A DNA stretch of 64,000 bases from Bacillota bacterium (GCA_023399095.1 JAEWQS010000077.1:2137-66136), one strand, 5' to 3'; counted from the stretch's first letter, positions 37,307-48,012 are shown. Notes: generated by a model from the letters alone, not told the origin. Translations and numbers: made by a program.

Positions 37307-37801
37307 ATGAAAGTCGCTGTGATCATGGGGTCCATATCCGACCTTCCGGTGCTCGAAAAGACAATAAAGACATTAAAAAGCTTCGGAGTGGATGTACAGG
37401 CGCGGGTCTTAAGTGCACACAGGACACCGGATGAAGCGCACGCTTTTGCCGCCGGGGCGCAAAGCGAAGGTGTAGAGGTGATCATCGCGGCGGCAGGCAA
37501 AGCCGCGCATCTCGCTGGCGTACTCGCTGCATATACCACAATGCCTGTGATCGGGCTGCCCGTGAAATCATCCACCATGGACGGGCTGGATTCGCTGCTC
37601 TCCACGGTGCAGATGCCGCCAGGCATCCCTGTGGCGACAGTGGCGATCAACGGCGCGGAGAACGCTGCGCTGCTTGCGGTGCAAATACTGTCTTTAAAAT
37701 ATACAGAGCTGAAACAAAAGCTTGCAGAGCATAAAAAGGATATGGCCGAAAAGGTCATGGAATCGAATAAAAATCTTCAGAAGGAGATCGAAATATTATG
37801 A
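37307..37801 (+). CDS. purE: N5-carboxyaminoimidazole ribonucleotide mutase (class I signature SAHRTP)
   Basis: 164 aa. [28 protein letters not shown]. Confidence 0.95.
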   Translation: MKVAVIMGSISDLPVLEKTIKTLKSFGVDVQARVLSAHRTPDEAHAFAAGAQSEGVEVIIAAAGKAAHLAGVLAAYTTMPVIGLPVKSSTMDGLDSLLSTVQMPPGIPVATVAINGAENAALLAVQILSLKYTELKQKLAEHKKDMAEKVMESNKNLQKEIEIL

Positions 37802-38505
37802 AGCAAATGGATCAGATTTATGAAGGCAAAGCCAAAAAGGTTTTCACCACGGACGATCCTGACTGCGTGATCGTATCTTACAAGGACGACGCGACGGCAT
37901 TCAACGGCCAAAAACGCGGCACCATCGTCGGCAAAGGCGTGGTTAACAACAAGGTATCCAACCACTTCTTCAAACTGCTTGAAAGCAAGGGCATACCGAC
38001 GCACTTTGTGGAGCAGCTTTCCGACCGCGAAACGGTGGTCAAGAAGGTGGAGATCGTGCCGGTTGAGGTGATTGTCAGAAACAAAGCAGCAGGAAGCTTT
38101 TCCAAGCGCATGGGCATCGAGGAAGGCACGGAGCTCAAGTGCGCGATACTCGAATACAGCTACAAAAACGATGATCTGGGCGATCCGTTCATCAACTCAT
38201 ATTACGTGCGGGCGCTGGGCCTTGCGACCGACGAGGAAATGGACAAGATCAAGGATATTTCCTTCAAGGTTAACGATATTTTGATCGAATACTTAAAGGG
38301 CTTTGGCGTGGAACTGATCGACTTCAAGCTGGAGTTCGGGCGCTTCCACGGCGATATCATTCTCGCGGACGAGATTTCGCCAGACACCTGCCGTTTCTGG
38401 GATATCGAGACGGGCAGGAAGCTAGACAAAGACCGCTTCCGCAGGGACTTAGGTGACGTCGAGGAAGCATATAAAGAGATTATCAGCAGATTGATGGGAG
38501 AATAA
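37798..38505 (+). CDS. purC: SAICAR synthetase
   Basis: 235 aa with YEGKAKKVF and [17 protein letters not shown] overlap with purE. Confidence 0.95.
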   Translation: MKQMDQIYEGKAKKVFTTDDPDCVIVSYKDDATAFNGQKRGTIVGKGVVNNKVSNHFFKLLESKGIPTHFVEQLSDRETVVKKVEIVPVEVIVRNKAAGSFSKRMGIEEGTELKCAILEYSYKNDDLGDPFINSYYVRALGLATDEEMDKIKDISFKVNDILIEYLKGFGVELIDFKLEFGRFHGDIILADEISPDTCRFWDIETGRKLDKDRFRRDLGDVEEAYKEIISRLMGE

Positions 38506-38506
38506 A

Positions 38507-39961
38507 ATGCCCCTTCGCATAAAACAACTTGCGCCGTATGAACGGCTTAAACCCGGTGACGACACAATGATCGAGGAGTGCGGCGTGTTCGGCGTATACT
38601 GCCCGGATGGCAGCGTAGAGCCGACCGAGGCGTCTTACTATGGTCTATTGGCGCTGCAGCACCGCGGTCAGGAGAGCGCAGGAATTGCAGTAGCTAAAAA
38701 CAACCATATCGAATATCATAAGGACATGGGTCTTGTGACCGAGGCTTTTAAAACGGGTTTAGAGAAGCTCGTGGGCGGATTCGCCGCCATCGGGCATGTG
38801 CGTTATTCGACAATGGGCGACAGCTTGCTTGCCAACGCACAGCCGCTTGTTATCAGCTCCAAAAAAGGTCACATCGCGCTTGCGCATAACGGCAACCTCA
38901 TCAACGCCAAAGAACTCAGAGATGAGATGGAAAACGCGGGCGCGATTTTTCAGACGTCTATCGATTCTGAGGTGATCGCGAGCCTGATTGCCAAGCACAG
39001 CGGAGAAGGCATTATCGAAGCGGTGACCAAAACGATGGGCATGCTGAAAGGCAGCTATGCGCTTGTGATCATGACGCCGGATATGCTGATCGGCGTGCGC
39101 GATCCCAAGGGCATACGTCCTATATCGCTCGGGCGAATCGAGAATTCATATGTGTTCGCGTCCGAATCCAGCGCGTTCGATGCAATCGGCGCGGAGTTTA
39201 TCAGGGATCTTCGACCCGGCGAGATCGTCGTGGCTGACAAGAGCGGTTTGAAATCGTATCAGGGCTCGCACGCGCCGGAAACCGCGCTTTGCATATTTGA
39301 ATATGTGTATTTTGCGCGGCCTGATTCGGATATCGATGGCATACCCGTACACAGGGCGCGAGAAAAAGCGGGTGAAATGCTGGCACTGACATGCCCTGCG
39401 GAAGCAGACGTGGTCGCGGCTGTGCCGGACAGCGCCATGCCCGCGGCTATGGGATATGCGCAGCAGTCGGGACTGCCGTATACAATCGCGCTTTCAAAAA
39501 ACCGTTATGTGGGGCGCACGTTTATACAGCCATCGCAGGGCAAGCGCGAGGTGAGCGTCAATATCAAGCTCAACGCGATAAAACGCAATGTGCGCGGAAA
39601 ACGCGTGGTTCTTGTGGATGATTCCATCGTGCGCGGCACCACATCAAAAAGAATCGTGGAAATGCTCAAGCTAGCGGGAGCCAAAGAGGTGCATATGCGT
39701 ATCAGCTCGCCGCCTATCAAATACCCGTGTTTTTTCGGCATCGATACCTCTTCGCACGATCAACTGATCGGCGCGAAGAATTCGGTAGAGGAAATCAGAA
39801 AGGTGATCGGCGCGGATTCACTGCACTATCTCGCGATCGAAGACCTATTAAGAACCGTGGAAGGCGCGGCATGCAACTTTTGCGTGGGCTGCTTTAACGG
39901 CAAATATCCGGATGATGTGAGCGGTCTGCTGAAATGCGGGAAAAAGAACGTACTCGATTAA
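38507..39961 (+). CDS. purF: amidophosphoribosyltransferase
   Basis: Ntn Cys in EECGVFGV, PRTase motif VVLVDDSIVRGTT, C-terminal Cys ligands. Start is 38507 or 38567. Confidence 0.95.
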   Translation: MPLRIKQLAPYERLKPGDDTMIEECGVFGVYCPDGSVEPTEASYYGLLALQHRGQESAGIAVAKNNHIEYHKDMGLVTEAFKTGLEKLVGGFAAIGHVRYSTMGDSLLANAQPLVISSKKGHIALAHNGNLINAKELRDEMENAGAIFQTSIDSEVIASLIAKHSGEGIIEAVTKTMGMLKGSYALVIMTPDMLIGVRDPKGIRPISLGRIENSYVFASESSAFDAIGAEFIRDLRPGEIVVADKSGLKSYQGSHAPETALCIFEYVYFARPDSDIDGIPVHRAREKAGEMLALTCPAEADVVAAVPDSAMPAAMGYAQQSGLPYTIALSKNRYVGRTFIQPSQGKREVSVNIKLNAIKRNVRGKRVVLVDDSIVRGTTSKRIVEMLKLAGAKEVHMRISSPPIKYPCFFGIDTSSHDQLIGAKNSVEEIRKVIGADSLHYLAIEDLLRTVEGAACNFCVGCFNGKYPDDVSGLLKCGKKNVLD

Positions 39962-39984
39962 CACACCTTAGATAAGGAGAGTTT

Positions 39985-40998
39985 ATGGCTTATACATATA
40001 AAGACGCAGGCGTCGATGTGGAGGCGGGCTATAAGGCGGTAAGCCTGATGAAGGAGCATGCGGCATCCACATTCAATGACCATGTGCTTCAGGGGCTTGG
40101 TTCCTTCGGCGGCATGTACGACAACGGCAACGGTCAGGTGCTTGTGTCCGGTACGGATGGCGTGGGCACAAAGCTCAAGGCTGCGTTTGTGATGGACAAG
40201 CACGACACGGTCGGTATCGACTGTGTCGCCATGTGCGTGAACGATGTCGTCTGCCACGGCGCGAAACCGTTGTTTTTTCTCGACTATATCGCGACCGGCA
40301 AGCTGTATCCCAATATCGCTGCGGATATCGTCAAAGGCGTGGCGGCGGGTTGCCGCGAGGCGGGCTGTGCGCTCATCGGCGGTGAGACGGCGGAAATGCC
40401 GGGCTTCTACGACGCGGGTGAGTACGATATGGCCGGCTTTTGCGTTGGCAGCGTAGACAAAGACAAGCTCGTAAACGGAAGCGGTATTGAAGCGGGCGAT
40501 GTGCTCATCGGTCTTGGTTCATCGGGCATTCACAGCAACGGCTTTTCGCTCGTGCGTAAGCTTGTCCCTATGGACGCAAAATTGCTTTCCACATATATTG
40601 ATTCTCTAGGTAGGACGATGGGAGAGGAGCTGCTAACTCCGACACGCATTTATGTCAAACCACTATTGTCCCTGATGGAGCGTTTTGAGATAAAAGGCGC
40701 GGCGCATATCACGGGCGGCGGTTTTATTGAAAACATTCCGCGCATTCTGCCCGGTGGTCTTTGCGCACAGATTAAGCTCGGGAGCTGGGATATGCTACCC
40801 GTGTTTTCTCTGCTGGTCAGTGAAGCGAAGCTGAGCACCCGCGACGCATACAACACTTTTAACATGGGCATCGGCATGGTGTTGGCTGTAAAACAGGACA
40901 TTGCAGACATAGTGGTTTCTGCGGCTCAGGAATTGGGCGAAAAAGCGTTTGTGATCGGTCATGTGGCGGAAGGTGAGGGCGTACAGCTGTGCAAATAG
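39985..40998 (+). CDS. purM: AIR synthetase
   Basis: 337 aa. [23 protein letters not shown]. Confidence 0.95.
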   Translation: MAYTYKDAGVDVEAGYKAVSLMKEHAASTFNDHVLQGLGSFGGMYDNGNGQVLVSGTDGVGTKLKAAFVMDKHDTVGIDCVAMCVNDVVCHGAKPLFFLDYIATGKLYPNIAADIVKGVAAGCREAGCALIGGETAEMPGFYDAGEYDMAGFCVGSVDKDKLVNGSGIEAGDVLIGLGSSGIHSNGFSLVRKLVPMDAKLLSTYIDSLGRTMGEELLTPTRIYVKPLLSLMERFEIKGAAHITGGGFIENIPRILPGGLCAQIKLGSWDMLPVFSLLVSEAKLSTRDAYNTFNMGIGMVLAVKQDIADIVVSAAQELGEKAFVIGHVAEGEGVQLCK

Positions 40999-41615
40999 AC
41001 AAGCTGGTCGTGATGGTATCGGGCGGCGGAACAAATTTCCAGTCTATACTGGATGCTTGTGCGGACGGCCGCATCGGCGCGCGCGTGGTGGGCGTGGTGG
41101 CCAGCAAGCCGGGCGTCTATGCGCTGGAACGCGCGAAAAACGCAGGCGTTCCGGGTGTGGTGATATCTCCTAAGGATTATGAGAGCCAGCTTTCACACGA
41201 TGAGGCCGTGATAAAAGCAATTGAAAGCTTTGGCGGCCAGGCGGTGGTGCTGGCGGGTTATATGTCGATACTCGGCTCCGCTCTGGTGAGCCGTTTTCCG
41301 ATTATCAACATTCATCCGGCTTTGATTCCATCTTTTTGCGGCAAGGGTTATTACGGACGGCGTGTTCATGCCGCTGTGCTCGAATACGGCGCGAAGGTAT
41401 CGGGTGCGACGGTGCATTTTGTGGACGAGGGCACGGATACCGGCCCTATTATCATGCAAAAATGCGTGGACGTGCTGGACGACGACACACCGGAAACGCT
41501 CGCTGCACGCATACTTGAGGTAGAACACGAGATACTCGTCAAGTCCGTCGCGCTGCTTTGCGCAGGGCGGCTGGAGCTTTGCGGCCGCCGCGTGCGGATA
41601 AATCCGGAATCATAA
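40989..41615 (+). CDS. purN: GAR formyltransferase
   Basis: 208 aa. [37 protein letters not shown]. Confidence 0.9.
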   Translation: MQIDKLVVMVSGGGTNFQSILDACADGRIGARVVGVVASKPGVYALERAKNAGVPGVVISPKDYESQLSHDEAVIKAIESFGGQAVVLAGYMSILGSALVSRFPIINIHPALIPSFCGKGYYGRRVHAAVLEYGAKVSGATVHFVDEGTDTGPIIMQKCVDVLDDDTPETLAARILEVEHEILVKSVALLCAGRLELCGRRVRINPES

Positions 41616-41685
41616 CGGAAACTGTAGGGGCGACCATTGGTCGCCCGTGATAACCTATCAAGAATATTATTTGGAGGTTTAACAT

Positions 41686-43218
41686 ATGAAAAGAGCTTTT
41701 TTGAGCGTGTTCGACAAAACTGGCGTTGTGGAATTCGCAAAAGGACTTGAAAGCCTTGGCTTCGAGCTTCTCTCAACAGGCGGCACACAGCGCGAGCTGG
41801 AACAGGCGGGCGTGAAGGTGACCAACGTGTCGGATATCACGGGCTTTCCCGAATGCCTTGACGGACGCGTGAAAACGCTGCATCCCAATATTCACGCGGG
41901 TATACTCGCCATGCGCGGCAACGCGGATCATATGGCGCAGGTCGATAAGCTGGGCGTGGGGCTGATCGACGTGGTGGCGGTCAATCTGTATCCGTTCAAG
42001 GCGACGATATCCAAGGAAGACGTCACGATGGAAGACGCAATTGAAAACATCGATATCGGCGGGCCGACCATGCTGCGCGCGGCGGCGAAGAACTGGCAGG
42101 ACGTCGCATCAATTGTTGATCCCGCTGACTATGAGCGCGTACTCGGTGAACTCCAAAACGGCGGCATCACCAAAGAAACAAAGTTTGACCTGTGTGTTAA
42201 AGTGTTTGAGCATACAGCGGCATACGATGCGCTGATTTCAGCGTACTTGCGTGAACAAAACGGCGGCGGCTATCCCGAAAAGCTGACGCTCACATATGAG
42301 AAGGTTCAGGGCATGCGCTACGGTGAGAATCCGCACCAGAGCGCCGCATTTTATAAGGAACCGATCGGCACCCATGGCACGCTCGCTGAAGCTCAGCAGC
42401 TTTGGGGCAAGGAGCTCTCTTTTAACAACATCAACGATACCAACGGCGCGCTGGATTGCCTGCGCGAGTTCGAGGATATCACCGTGGTGGCGTCCAAGCA
42501 TGCCAACCCGTGCGGCGTGGGCAGCGCGGACACGCTCTACGATGCATACATGAAGGCGTACAGCGCCGACCCTGAATCTATATACGGCGGCATCGTCGCG
42601 GTGAACGCCGAGGTCGATAAAAAAACAGCCGAAGAGATGGTCAAGACATTCCTTGAGATCATCGTCGCGCCCGGTTTCGCGGACGACGCGCTTGAGGTGT
42701 TAAAGACAAAGAAGAACCTGCGATTGTTGCTGCTTGAAGACATATCAGCGAAGGTGAAGCCGAACGCGATGGAACTCAAAAAGCCGCTGGGCGGCTTGTT
42801 GGTGCAGCAGATCGATACCCGGTTGTTCGAGGGCGAGCTTGTCACAGTGACAAAGCGAGTGCCCACTGAAAAGGAGCTTGAAGACTTAAAGTTTGCATGG
42901 AAGATCGTTAAGCATATCAAATCCAATGGCATTTCGGTGGCTAAGGATCTAAAGACGTTGGGCTTAGGACCCGGACAGGTGTCGCGCATATGGGCGGCGG
43001 AAGCCGCTTTGCAGCGCGCAGGCGAGGATGTGAAGGGCGCGGTGCTCGCGTCCGATGCGTATTTCCCGTTTGACGACTGTGTGCGCCTTGCGGCGCAGTA
43101 CGGCATCAGCGCGATCATACAGCCGGGCGGCAGCATCCGCGACGAAGATTCCATCAAAGCCTGTGACGAATTAGGCATCGCGATGGTGTTCACGGGTATG
43201 CGACATTTCAAACACTAA
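41686..43218 (+). CDS. purH: bifunctional AICAR formyltransferase / IMP cyclohydrolase
   Basis: 510 aa. [18 protein letters not shown]-terminal FTGMRHFKH. Confidence 0.95.
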   Translation: MKRAFLSVFDKTGVVEFAKGLESLGFELLSTGGTQRELEQAGVKVTNVSDITGFPECLDGRVKTLHPNIHAGILAMRGNADHMAQVDKLGVGLIDVVAVNLYPFKATISKEDVTMEDAIENIDIGGPTMLRAAAKNWQDVASIVDPADYERVLGELQNGGITKETKFDLCVKVFEHTAAYDALISAYLREQNGGGYPEKLTLTYEKVQGMRYGENPHQSAAFYKEPIGTHGTLAEAQQLWGKELSFNNINDTNGALDCLREFEDITVVASKHANPCGVGSADTLYDAYMKAYSADPESIYGGIVAVNAEVDKKTAEEMVKTFLEIIVAPGFADDALEVLKTKKNLRLLLLEDISAKVKPNAMELKKPLGGLLVQQIDTRLFEGELVTVTKRVPTEKELEDLKFAWKIVKHIKSNGISVAKDLKTLGLGPGQVSRIWAAEAALQRAGEDVKGAVLASDAYFPFDDCVRLAAQYGISAIIQPGGSIRDEDSIKACDELGIAMVFTGMRHFKH

Positions 43219-43228
43219 GGAGCAAGGC

Positions 43229-44479
43229 ATGAAGATACTGGTGGTGGGCGGCGGTGGCCGCGAACACGTGATCATATGGAAACTGAAACAGAATCAAAAC
43301 ATCGATGACATACATTGCGCACCCGGCAACGGCGGTATTGCACAGCTGGCGACTTGTGTGCCGATACAGGCGACAGACATAGATGGAATCACGGAATACG
43401 CCAAGCAGCAGGGCTTCGATCTCGTGATCGTCGCGCCCGACGACCCGCTTTACATGGGGCTCGTGGATAAGCTGCAGGCGGAAAGCATCCGCGCATTCGG
43501 GCCCACCGCAGACGCAGCACGCATTGAGGGCAGCAAGGTCTATGCCAAATACCTGATGCAAAAGTACGGCATACCCACCGCGGCCTGCGAAGTGTTCGAC
43601 GATTACGATAAGGCGGCGGCATACGTGAAAATCTGCAAAACGCCTGTCGTGGTCAAGGCGGACGGGCTTGCGCTTGGCAAGGGCGTGATCATCTGCCAGT
43701 CAGCGGATGAAGCGCTGGATGCGCTAAAAGAGATCATGGTGGATAAAGCATTTGGCGATGCGGGCAGCCGCGTGGTCATCGAGGAATTTCTCGAAGGGCC
43801 TGAGGTATCTGTGCTTGCGTTTTGCGATGGCAAAACAATTCTGCCCATGGAGAGTGCGCAGGATCATAAACGCGCATACGACGGCGACAAAGGCCCCAAT
43901 ACGGGCGGTATGGGCACGTTCTCACCCAGCCCCAAATACACGGATGAAATTCGCAAAGTCGCGGAAGAGACGATTATTCGGCGTACGGTGGAAGCGCTTA
44001 ATGCGGAGGGCGTTTGCTTCAAGGGGATTATATTCTTCGGGCTGATGCTCACAAAGGATGGCCCCAAGCTGCTCGAATACAATGCGCGTTTCGGTGATCC
44101 TGAAGCGCAGGTGGTGTTACCGCGTCTCAAAAACGATTTGCTTGAGATTTTTGATGCGGTGATTGACGGCACGCTGAATCAGATCACACTGAAATGGGAC
44201 GAGAGAACCGCCGTTTGCGTGGTAATGGCATCGGGCGGCTATCCGGGCAAATATCCCAAGGGCGTGCTTATCGGCGGCCTTGAGAATGTTCGAGACGCTG
44301 TGGTTTATCACGCGGGCACGGCCTTGAAGGACGGCGCGTTTGTGACCAACGGGGGTCGCGTGCTGGGCATTACGGCACTCGGCAACGATATACCTGACGC
44401 GCGGCAAAAAGCGTACGGCGAGTTAAGCAAGGTGCACTTCGACGGTGCGCAATACCGTACGGACATCGGTATCAAATAG
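43229..44479 (+). CDS. purD: phosphoribosylamine--glycine ligase
   Basis: 416 aa. MKILVVGGGGREH, ATP-grasp core, NARFGDPE. Confidence 0.95.
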   Translation: MKILVVGGGGREHVIIWKLKQNQNIDDIHCAPGNGGIAQLATCVPIQATDIDGITEYAKQQGFDLVIVAPDDPLYMGLVDKLQAESIRAFGPTADAARIEGSKVYAKYLMQKYGIPTAACEVFDDYDKAAAYVKICKTPVVVKADGLALGKGVIICQSADEALDALKEIMVDKAFGDAGSRVVIEEFLEGPEVSVLAFCDGKTILPMESAQDHKRAYDGDKGPNTGGMGTFSPSPKYTDEIRKVAEETIIRRTVEALNAEGVCFKGIIFFGLMLTKDGPKLLEYNARFGDPEAQVVLPRLKNDLLEIFDAVIDGTLNQITLKWDERTAVCVVMASGGYPGKYPKGVLIGGLENVRDAVVYHAGTALKDGAFVTNGGRVLGITALGNDIPDARQKAYGELSKVHFDGAQYRTDIGIK

Positions 44480-44507
44480 ACGGACTTATAATCGAATATG
44501 AGGCCAA

Positions 44508-44536
44508 GGCGGGTGTTTCACCCGTCTTTGTTGTTT
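44508..44536 (+). terminator. rho-independent terminator after purD
   Basis: GGCGGGTG-TTT-CACCCGTC followed by TTTGTTGTTT. Confidence 0.75.
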
Positions 44537-44551
44537 CTCGGCAAAAGCGTC

Positions 44552-44989
44552 CTGTCACCTCGAACATGTCGAGAGGTCCCACGGCTAAGAGCATAAGAAC
44601 ATGGGATACTGGTCCATTTCATAGTCGACAAGCTCAGCATGACAGTCGCTCTGAAAGTGTGGCATATGCCCACTTCTTTCACATCGAGCTTACCGAGAGG
44701 TCCCACGACTAAGAGCATAAGAACATGGGATACTGGTCCATTTCATAGTCGACAAGCTCAGCATGACAAGCGCAATGCATGGCTAAGAGCGTTCAGTCAC
44801 CTCGAACTTGCCGAGAGGTCCCACGACTAAGAACACAAAACATGGGATGCATCGACAAGCTCAGCATGACAAGCGCAATGCATAGCTAAGAGCGTTCTGT
44901 CACCTCTAGCTTGTCGAGAGGTCCCACGGTTTAGAGAGCCAAACCATGGGATGCAAATCCGTTTCTCAGTCGCCAGGCTCGGCATAACA
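44552..44989. repeat. tandem array of four inverted-repeat-bounded ~80-94 bp elements (REP/MITE-like)
   Basis: Units at 44552-44645, 44676-44769, 44794-44872 and 44897-44989. Head CTGTCACCTCGAACATGTCGAGAGGTCCCACG, tail TCGACAAGCTCAGCATGACAG (reverse complement of the head ends). Units 1 and 2 differ at 1 of 74 core positions. The linker AGCGCAATGCAT[G/A]GCTAAGAGCGTTC also repeats. Confidence 0.85.
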
Positions 44990-45095
44990 ATGATTCATTT
45001 GCCGTGATCTGTTTATTTTACACATATATTGTTTGATAATAAACCTCTCATGCTGTATGCTTAGAATGATCGGCAGCAATTTAAGGAGCGTATAC

Positions 45096-45977
45096 ATGCC
45101 AAGAATTTTGAGTGTGCTCATGCGTACACATATCAGGCTCGTTAAACCCATTCTAAAAAAATTCAGCATACAAACCGCAAGAGCATTTCAGGATAATCTT
45201 GGCGATATGGAAGCAAAATCGATGGCATCAAAGGTCAATTTTGAGCCTGTTGAGTTTGATGCTTTCGATGCTTGTTTTGTGTCTCCAAAGGGCAAAGCGC
45301 AGGACTGCAATGTCGTCCTGTATTTGCACGGCGGCGGATATGTGGCCGGTAATATTGCATACGCCCGCGGCTTTGCGAGCATACTGGCGGTGGAGACAAA
45401 TCGGTTTGTGCTGGCCGTGGCTTACCGGCTTGCGCCCGAGAATCCGTTCCCTGCGGCTGTGGAGGACGCGTATTGTGCTTATCAATATCTGATCGAATCA
45501 GGGTACAAGGCCGAGAATATCTCGCTCGTGGGTGAATCCGCAGGAGGCGGGCTGATATTCGCGCTATGCTTAAAGCTTAAACAAGCGGGGTTGCCGCTCC
45601 CAAATGCACTGGTAGGTATATCTCCGTGGACCGACTTGACATTCAGCGGCGAATCCTATAAAACCAATAATAAGAAGGATCCCACGCTTTCGGAGCAGGT
45701 GCTGCGCAGCCACGCACAGGCTTATGCGGCAGGGCAGGAGGAAAACCCGCTTGTGTCGCCTGTTTTCGGCAAACTTGACGGCATGCCACGCTCGCTGATT
45801 TGTGTGGGCAGCTGTGAGCTGCTGCTGGACGATGCGAAAATGCTGGCTGAGCGGCTCAAAGAAGCCGGAAGCCCGTGTGAATTGATTATAGAGGATGGTA
45901 TGTGGCACGTGTACGTGCTGTTTAAGATACCCGAGGCCATAGAGACCTTGAAGAAAATTGCCGCTTTCTTGGAGTGA
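45096..45977 (+). CDS. alpha/beta hydrolase, HSL-type esterase/lipase
   Basis: HGGGY oxyanion motif and GESAGG nucleophile elbow. ATG 45096 follows an AAGGAG RBS. Confidence 0.85.
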   Translation: MPRILSVLMRTHIRLVKPILKKFSIQTARAFQDNLGDMEAKSMASKVNFEPVEFDAFDACFVSPKGKAQDCNVVLYLHGGGYVAGNIAYARGFASILAVETNRFVLAVAYRLAPENPFPAAVEDAYCAYQYLIESGYKAENISLVGESAGGGLIFALCLKLKQAGLPLPNALVGISPWTDLTFSGESYKTNNKKDPTLSEQVLRSHAQAYAAGQEENPLVSPVFGKLDGMPRSLICVGSCELLLDDAKMLAERLKEAGSPCELIIEDGMWHVYVLFKIPEAIETLKKIAAFLE

Positions 45978-45980
45978 TAT

Positions 45981-47273
45981 ATGAGCAGCAGTGATAAACA
46001 ACATAAGAAATGGATGAAGCTTGATAACGCCGCGAAGATATACCCTGCGGCCAAAAAACGCAACTGGAAGGCGCTGTTCCGTCTTTCAGCCGACCTCTCG
46101 GAGGAGATTGAACCTGCGATATTGGAAGAAGCGCTGACATCGACGCTCGCCCGTTTTCCGGGCTTCGCGCTGAAGCTTAAACGCGGCCTTTTCTGGTATT
46201 ACCTTGAGCACAACGAAGGTCAGCCGGATTTAAGGCAGGACGAAGCCTATCCGTGTGCGCATATGAACTTTGAAGAGAACAAGGGCTTTATGTTTCGCGT
46301 GCTGTATTATAAGCACCGAATTGCTGTGGAAATCTTTCACGCGCTGACGGATGGCACGGGCGGGCTGTGCTTTTTAAAAACGCTGGTGGCGGAGTATCTG
46401 CGCCTAAAATACGGCGCCGACATACCAAGAGATAATGAGATACTCGATTGCTGTGCGATTCCTGCTCCGGATGAGACCGAGGATGCATATCTGAAATTCG
46501 CCAAGAATATCAAGCGTACACGCCGTGAGCCCAATGCGTATTTCATCAAAGGCACCAAGGAAAGCGACGGCTTTAACAACGTCACAACAGGCATGATTCC
46601 GGTGGGTGAGGTGATAGCGCGCGCCAAGGAAAAAAACGTGTCTCTCACAGACTATATTACCGCAGCATTGATTATGGCTGTTGATAAGCTTCAGCGTAAA
46701 GCCGTCAAAAACGAAAAGCGTATGAAGCCCGTTAAAATTTGCATTCCGATTAATCTGCGCCGGTTTTACCCGACCAACACGATGCGCAACTTTGCCAGCT
46801 ATGTGAACCCCGGCATAGATCCCAAATACGGTACATATAGCTTTGAAGAGGTGCTGACGGCGGTGCATCACTATATGCGCAGCGAAGTGACGGAAAAGCT
46901 GCTGGGTGCCAAGATATCCACGAATGTGCGGTCGGAATCGATGCGTGTGCTGCGGGTCACGCCGCTGTTCATAAAGAACATCGCTATGAAACTGACATTT
47001 AACCTTGTCGGAGACCGCAAAAGCTCCACCAGCATTTCCAATCTCGGCAATGTGAAGCTGCCGCCGCAGATGGCGGCGTATGTGACACGCATGGATTTCA
47101 TACTGGGGCCGCTTTCGCGCAACCGAATTGTGTGCGGCGCGCTTTCATATAACGGCACGCTTATGCTCAACTTTGTGAGGACAATAAAGGAAAATACGCT
47201 GGAGAGAGAGTTTTTCCGTTATCTGGTGAAGCTTGGTGTCCCGGTCAAGATCGAAAGCAATCAAAGATGGTAG
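45981..47273 (+). CDS. condensation/CAT-superfamily acyltransferase-like protein (HxxxDG motif)
   Basis: 430 aa. EIFHALTDGTGG matches the HHxxxDG-type catalytic motif of condensation / WS-DGAT / alcohol acyltransferases. Starts 3 nt after the esterase stop. Confidence 0.6.
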   Translation: MSSSDKQHKKWMKLDNAAKIYPAAKKRNWKALFRLSADLSEEIEPAILEEALTSTLARFPGFALKLKRGLFWYYLEHNEGQPDLRQDEAYPCAHMNFEENKGFMFRVLYYKHRIAVEIFHALTDGTGGLCFLKTLVAEYLRLKYGADIPRDNEILDCCAIPAPDETEDAYLKFAKNIKRTRREPNAYFIKGTKESDGFNNVTTGMIPVGEVIARAKEKNVSLTDYITAALIMAVDKLQRKAVKNEKRMKPVKICIPINLRRFYPTNTMRNFASYVNPGIDPKYGTYSFEEVLTAVHHYMRSEVTEKLLGAKISTNVRSESMRVLRVTPLFIKNIAMKLTFNLVGDRKSSTSISNLGNVKLPPQMAAYVTRMDFILGPLSRNRIVCGALSYNGTLMLNFVRTIKENTLEREFFRYLVKLGVPVKIESNQRW

Positions 47274-47292
47274 AATGGAGAGGATAAGATAT

Positions 47293-47997
47293 ATGTCTTA
47301 CTGTGTGAATTGCGGTGTTGAGCTCGAGAAGAGCGAAAAATATTGCCCGCTCTGCAATGTGGAGGTGCTAAACCCCAAAGCGCCATGGCAGGAGCCTATG
47401 GAACGGCCATATCCGCGCTACCTTGAGACGCTTGTCCACCGCATTGACCGCCGATATTTTGCGACACTTGCAGGGCTCATTTTGATGATCCCAATTATGA
47501 TCACCATTCTGCTTGATATACTGGACGGAAACGGCGTGTCATGGTCGGCCTACATCGTGGGGGCGATGGCGCTGCTCTTCATATTTATCGTGTTTCCGTT
47601 CTATTTCAAGCGCTACCATACGGTCACGTTTTTGTCGGTCAACTGTGCCGCGATTTTGCTTTATCTGCTGTTTATTGAGAGAATGAACGGAGGCAATTGG
47701 TTTGTAGGGATCGGGCTCCCGGTGACAGTGGCGGCAAGCATCGGCATCATCATTCTCGCGCTGCTGTTCACGAGAAAGGACATGACAATACTCAAAAAGA
47801 GCGCAAGTATATTTTTCGCTTTGGGTCTGTTTGTGCTTATCGTCGAAGTGATTATCCGATTAAACGAGACGGCACCTTTTGACCTCAAATGGTCATTTTA
47901 CGCGTTGATTCCCTTTGCGATACTCGGTGTAGCGGCGATGATACTTGAACACCGCAAGAATTTCAAAGAGGAAATACGTCGGCGATTATTCTACTGA
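47293..47997 (+). CDS. zinc-ribbon + polytopic membrane protein
   Basis: N-terminal CVNCG...CPLCN zinc ribbon, then about 5-6 TM helices. GGAGAGG RBS before ATG 47293. Confidence 0.6.
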   Translation: MSYCVNCGVELEKSEKYCPLCNVEVLNPKAPWQEPMERPYPRYLETLVHRIDRRYFATLAGLILMIPIMITILLDILDGNGVSWSAYIVGAMALLFIFIVFPFYFKRYHTVTFLSVNCAAILLYLLFIERMNGGNWFVGIGLPVTVAASIGIIILALLFTRKDMTILKKSASIFFALGLFVLIVEVIIRLNETAPFDLKWSFYALIPFAILGVAAMILEHRKNFKEEIRRRLFY

Positions 47998-48012
47998 TAG
48001 AAGTGGGGACGT

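Noticed and set aside
37119-37310. 63-aa ORF in the purE upstream region
   Set aside because: It has no RBS, overlaps the predicted promoter and PurBox region, and its product is Cys/Leu-rich with no recognisable features.
44518-44830. ORFs of 63-66 aa inside the repeat array (44518-44718 minus strand, 44639-44830 plus strand)
   Set aside because: The reading frames are generated by the repeated DNA itself. They have no RBS, and the frames are not maintained across units because unit 3 has a deletion of about 15 bp and the linkers differ in length.
44552-44989. Considered whether the repeated GAGAGGTCCCACG-containing segments form a CRISPR array
   Set aside because: The period is 103-124 bp rather than about 60-75 bp. 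The sequences between the conserved cores are themselves conserved between units, so there are no unique spacers. Each unit is bounded by inverted repeats, and no cas genes are in the window.
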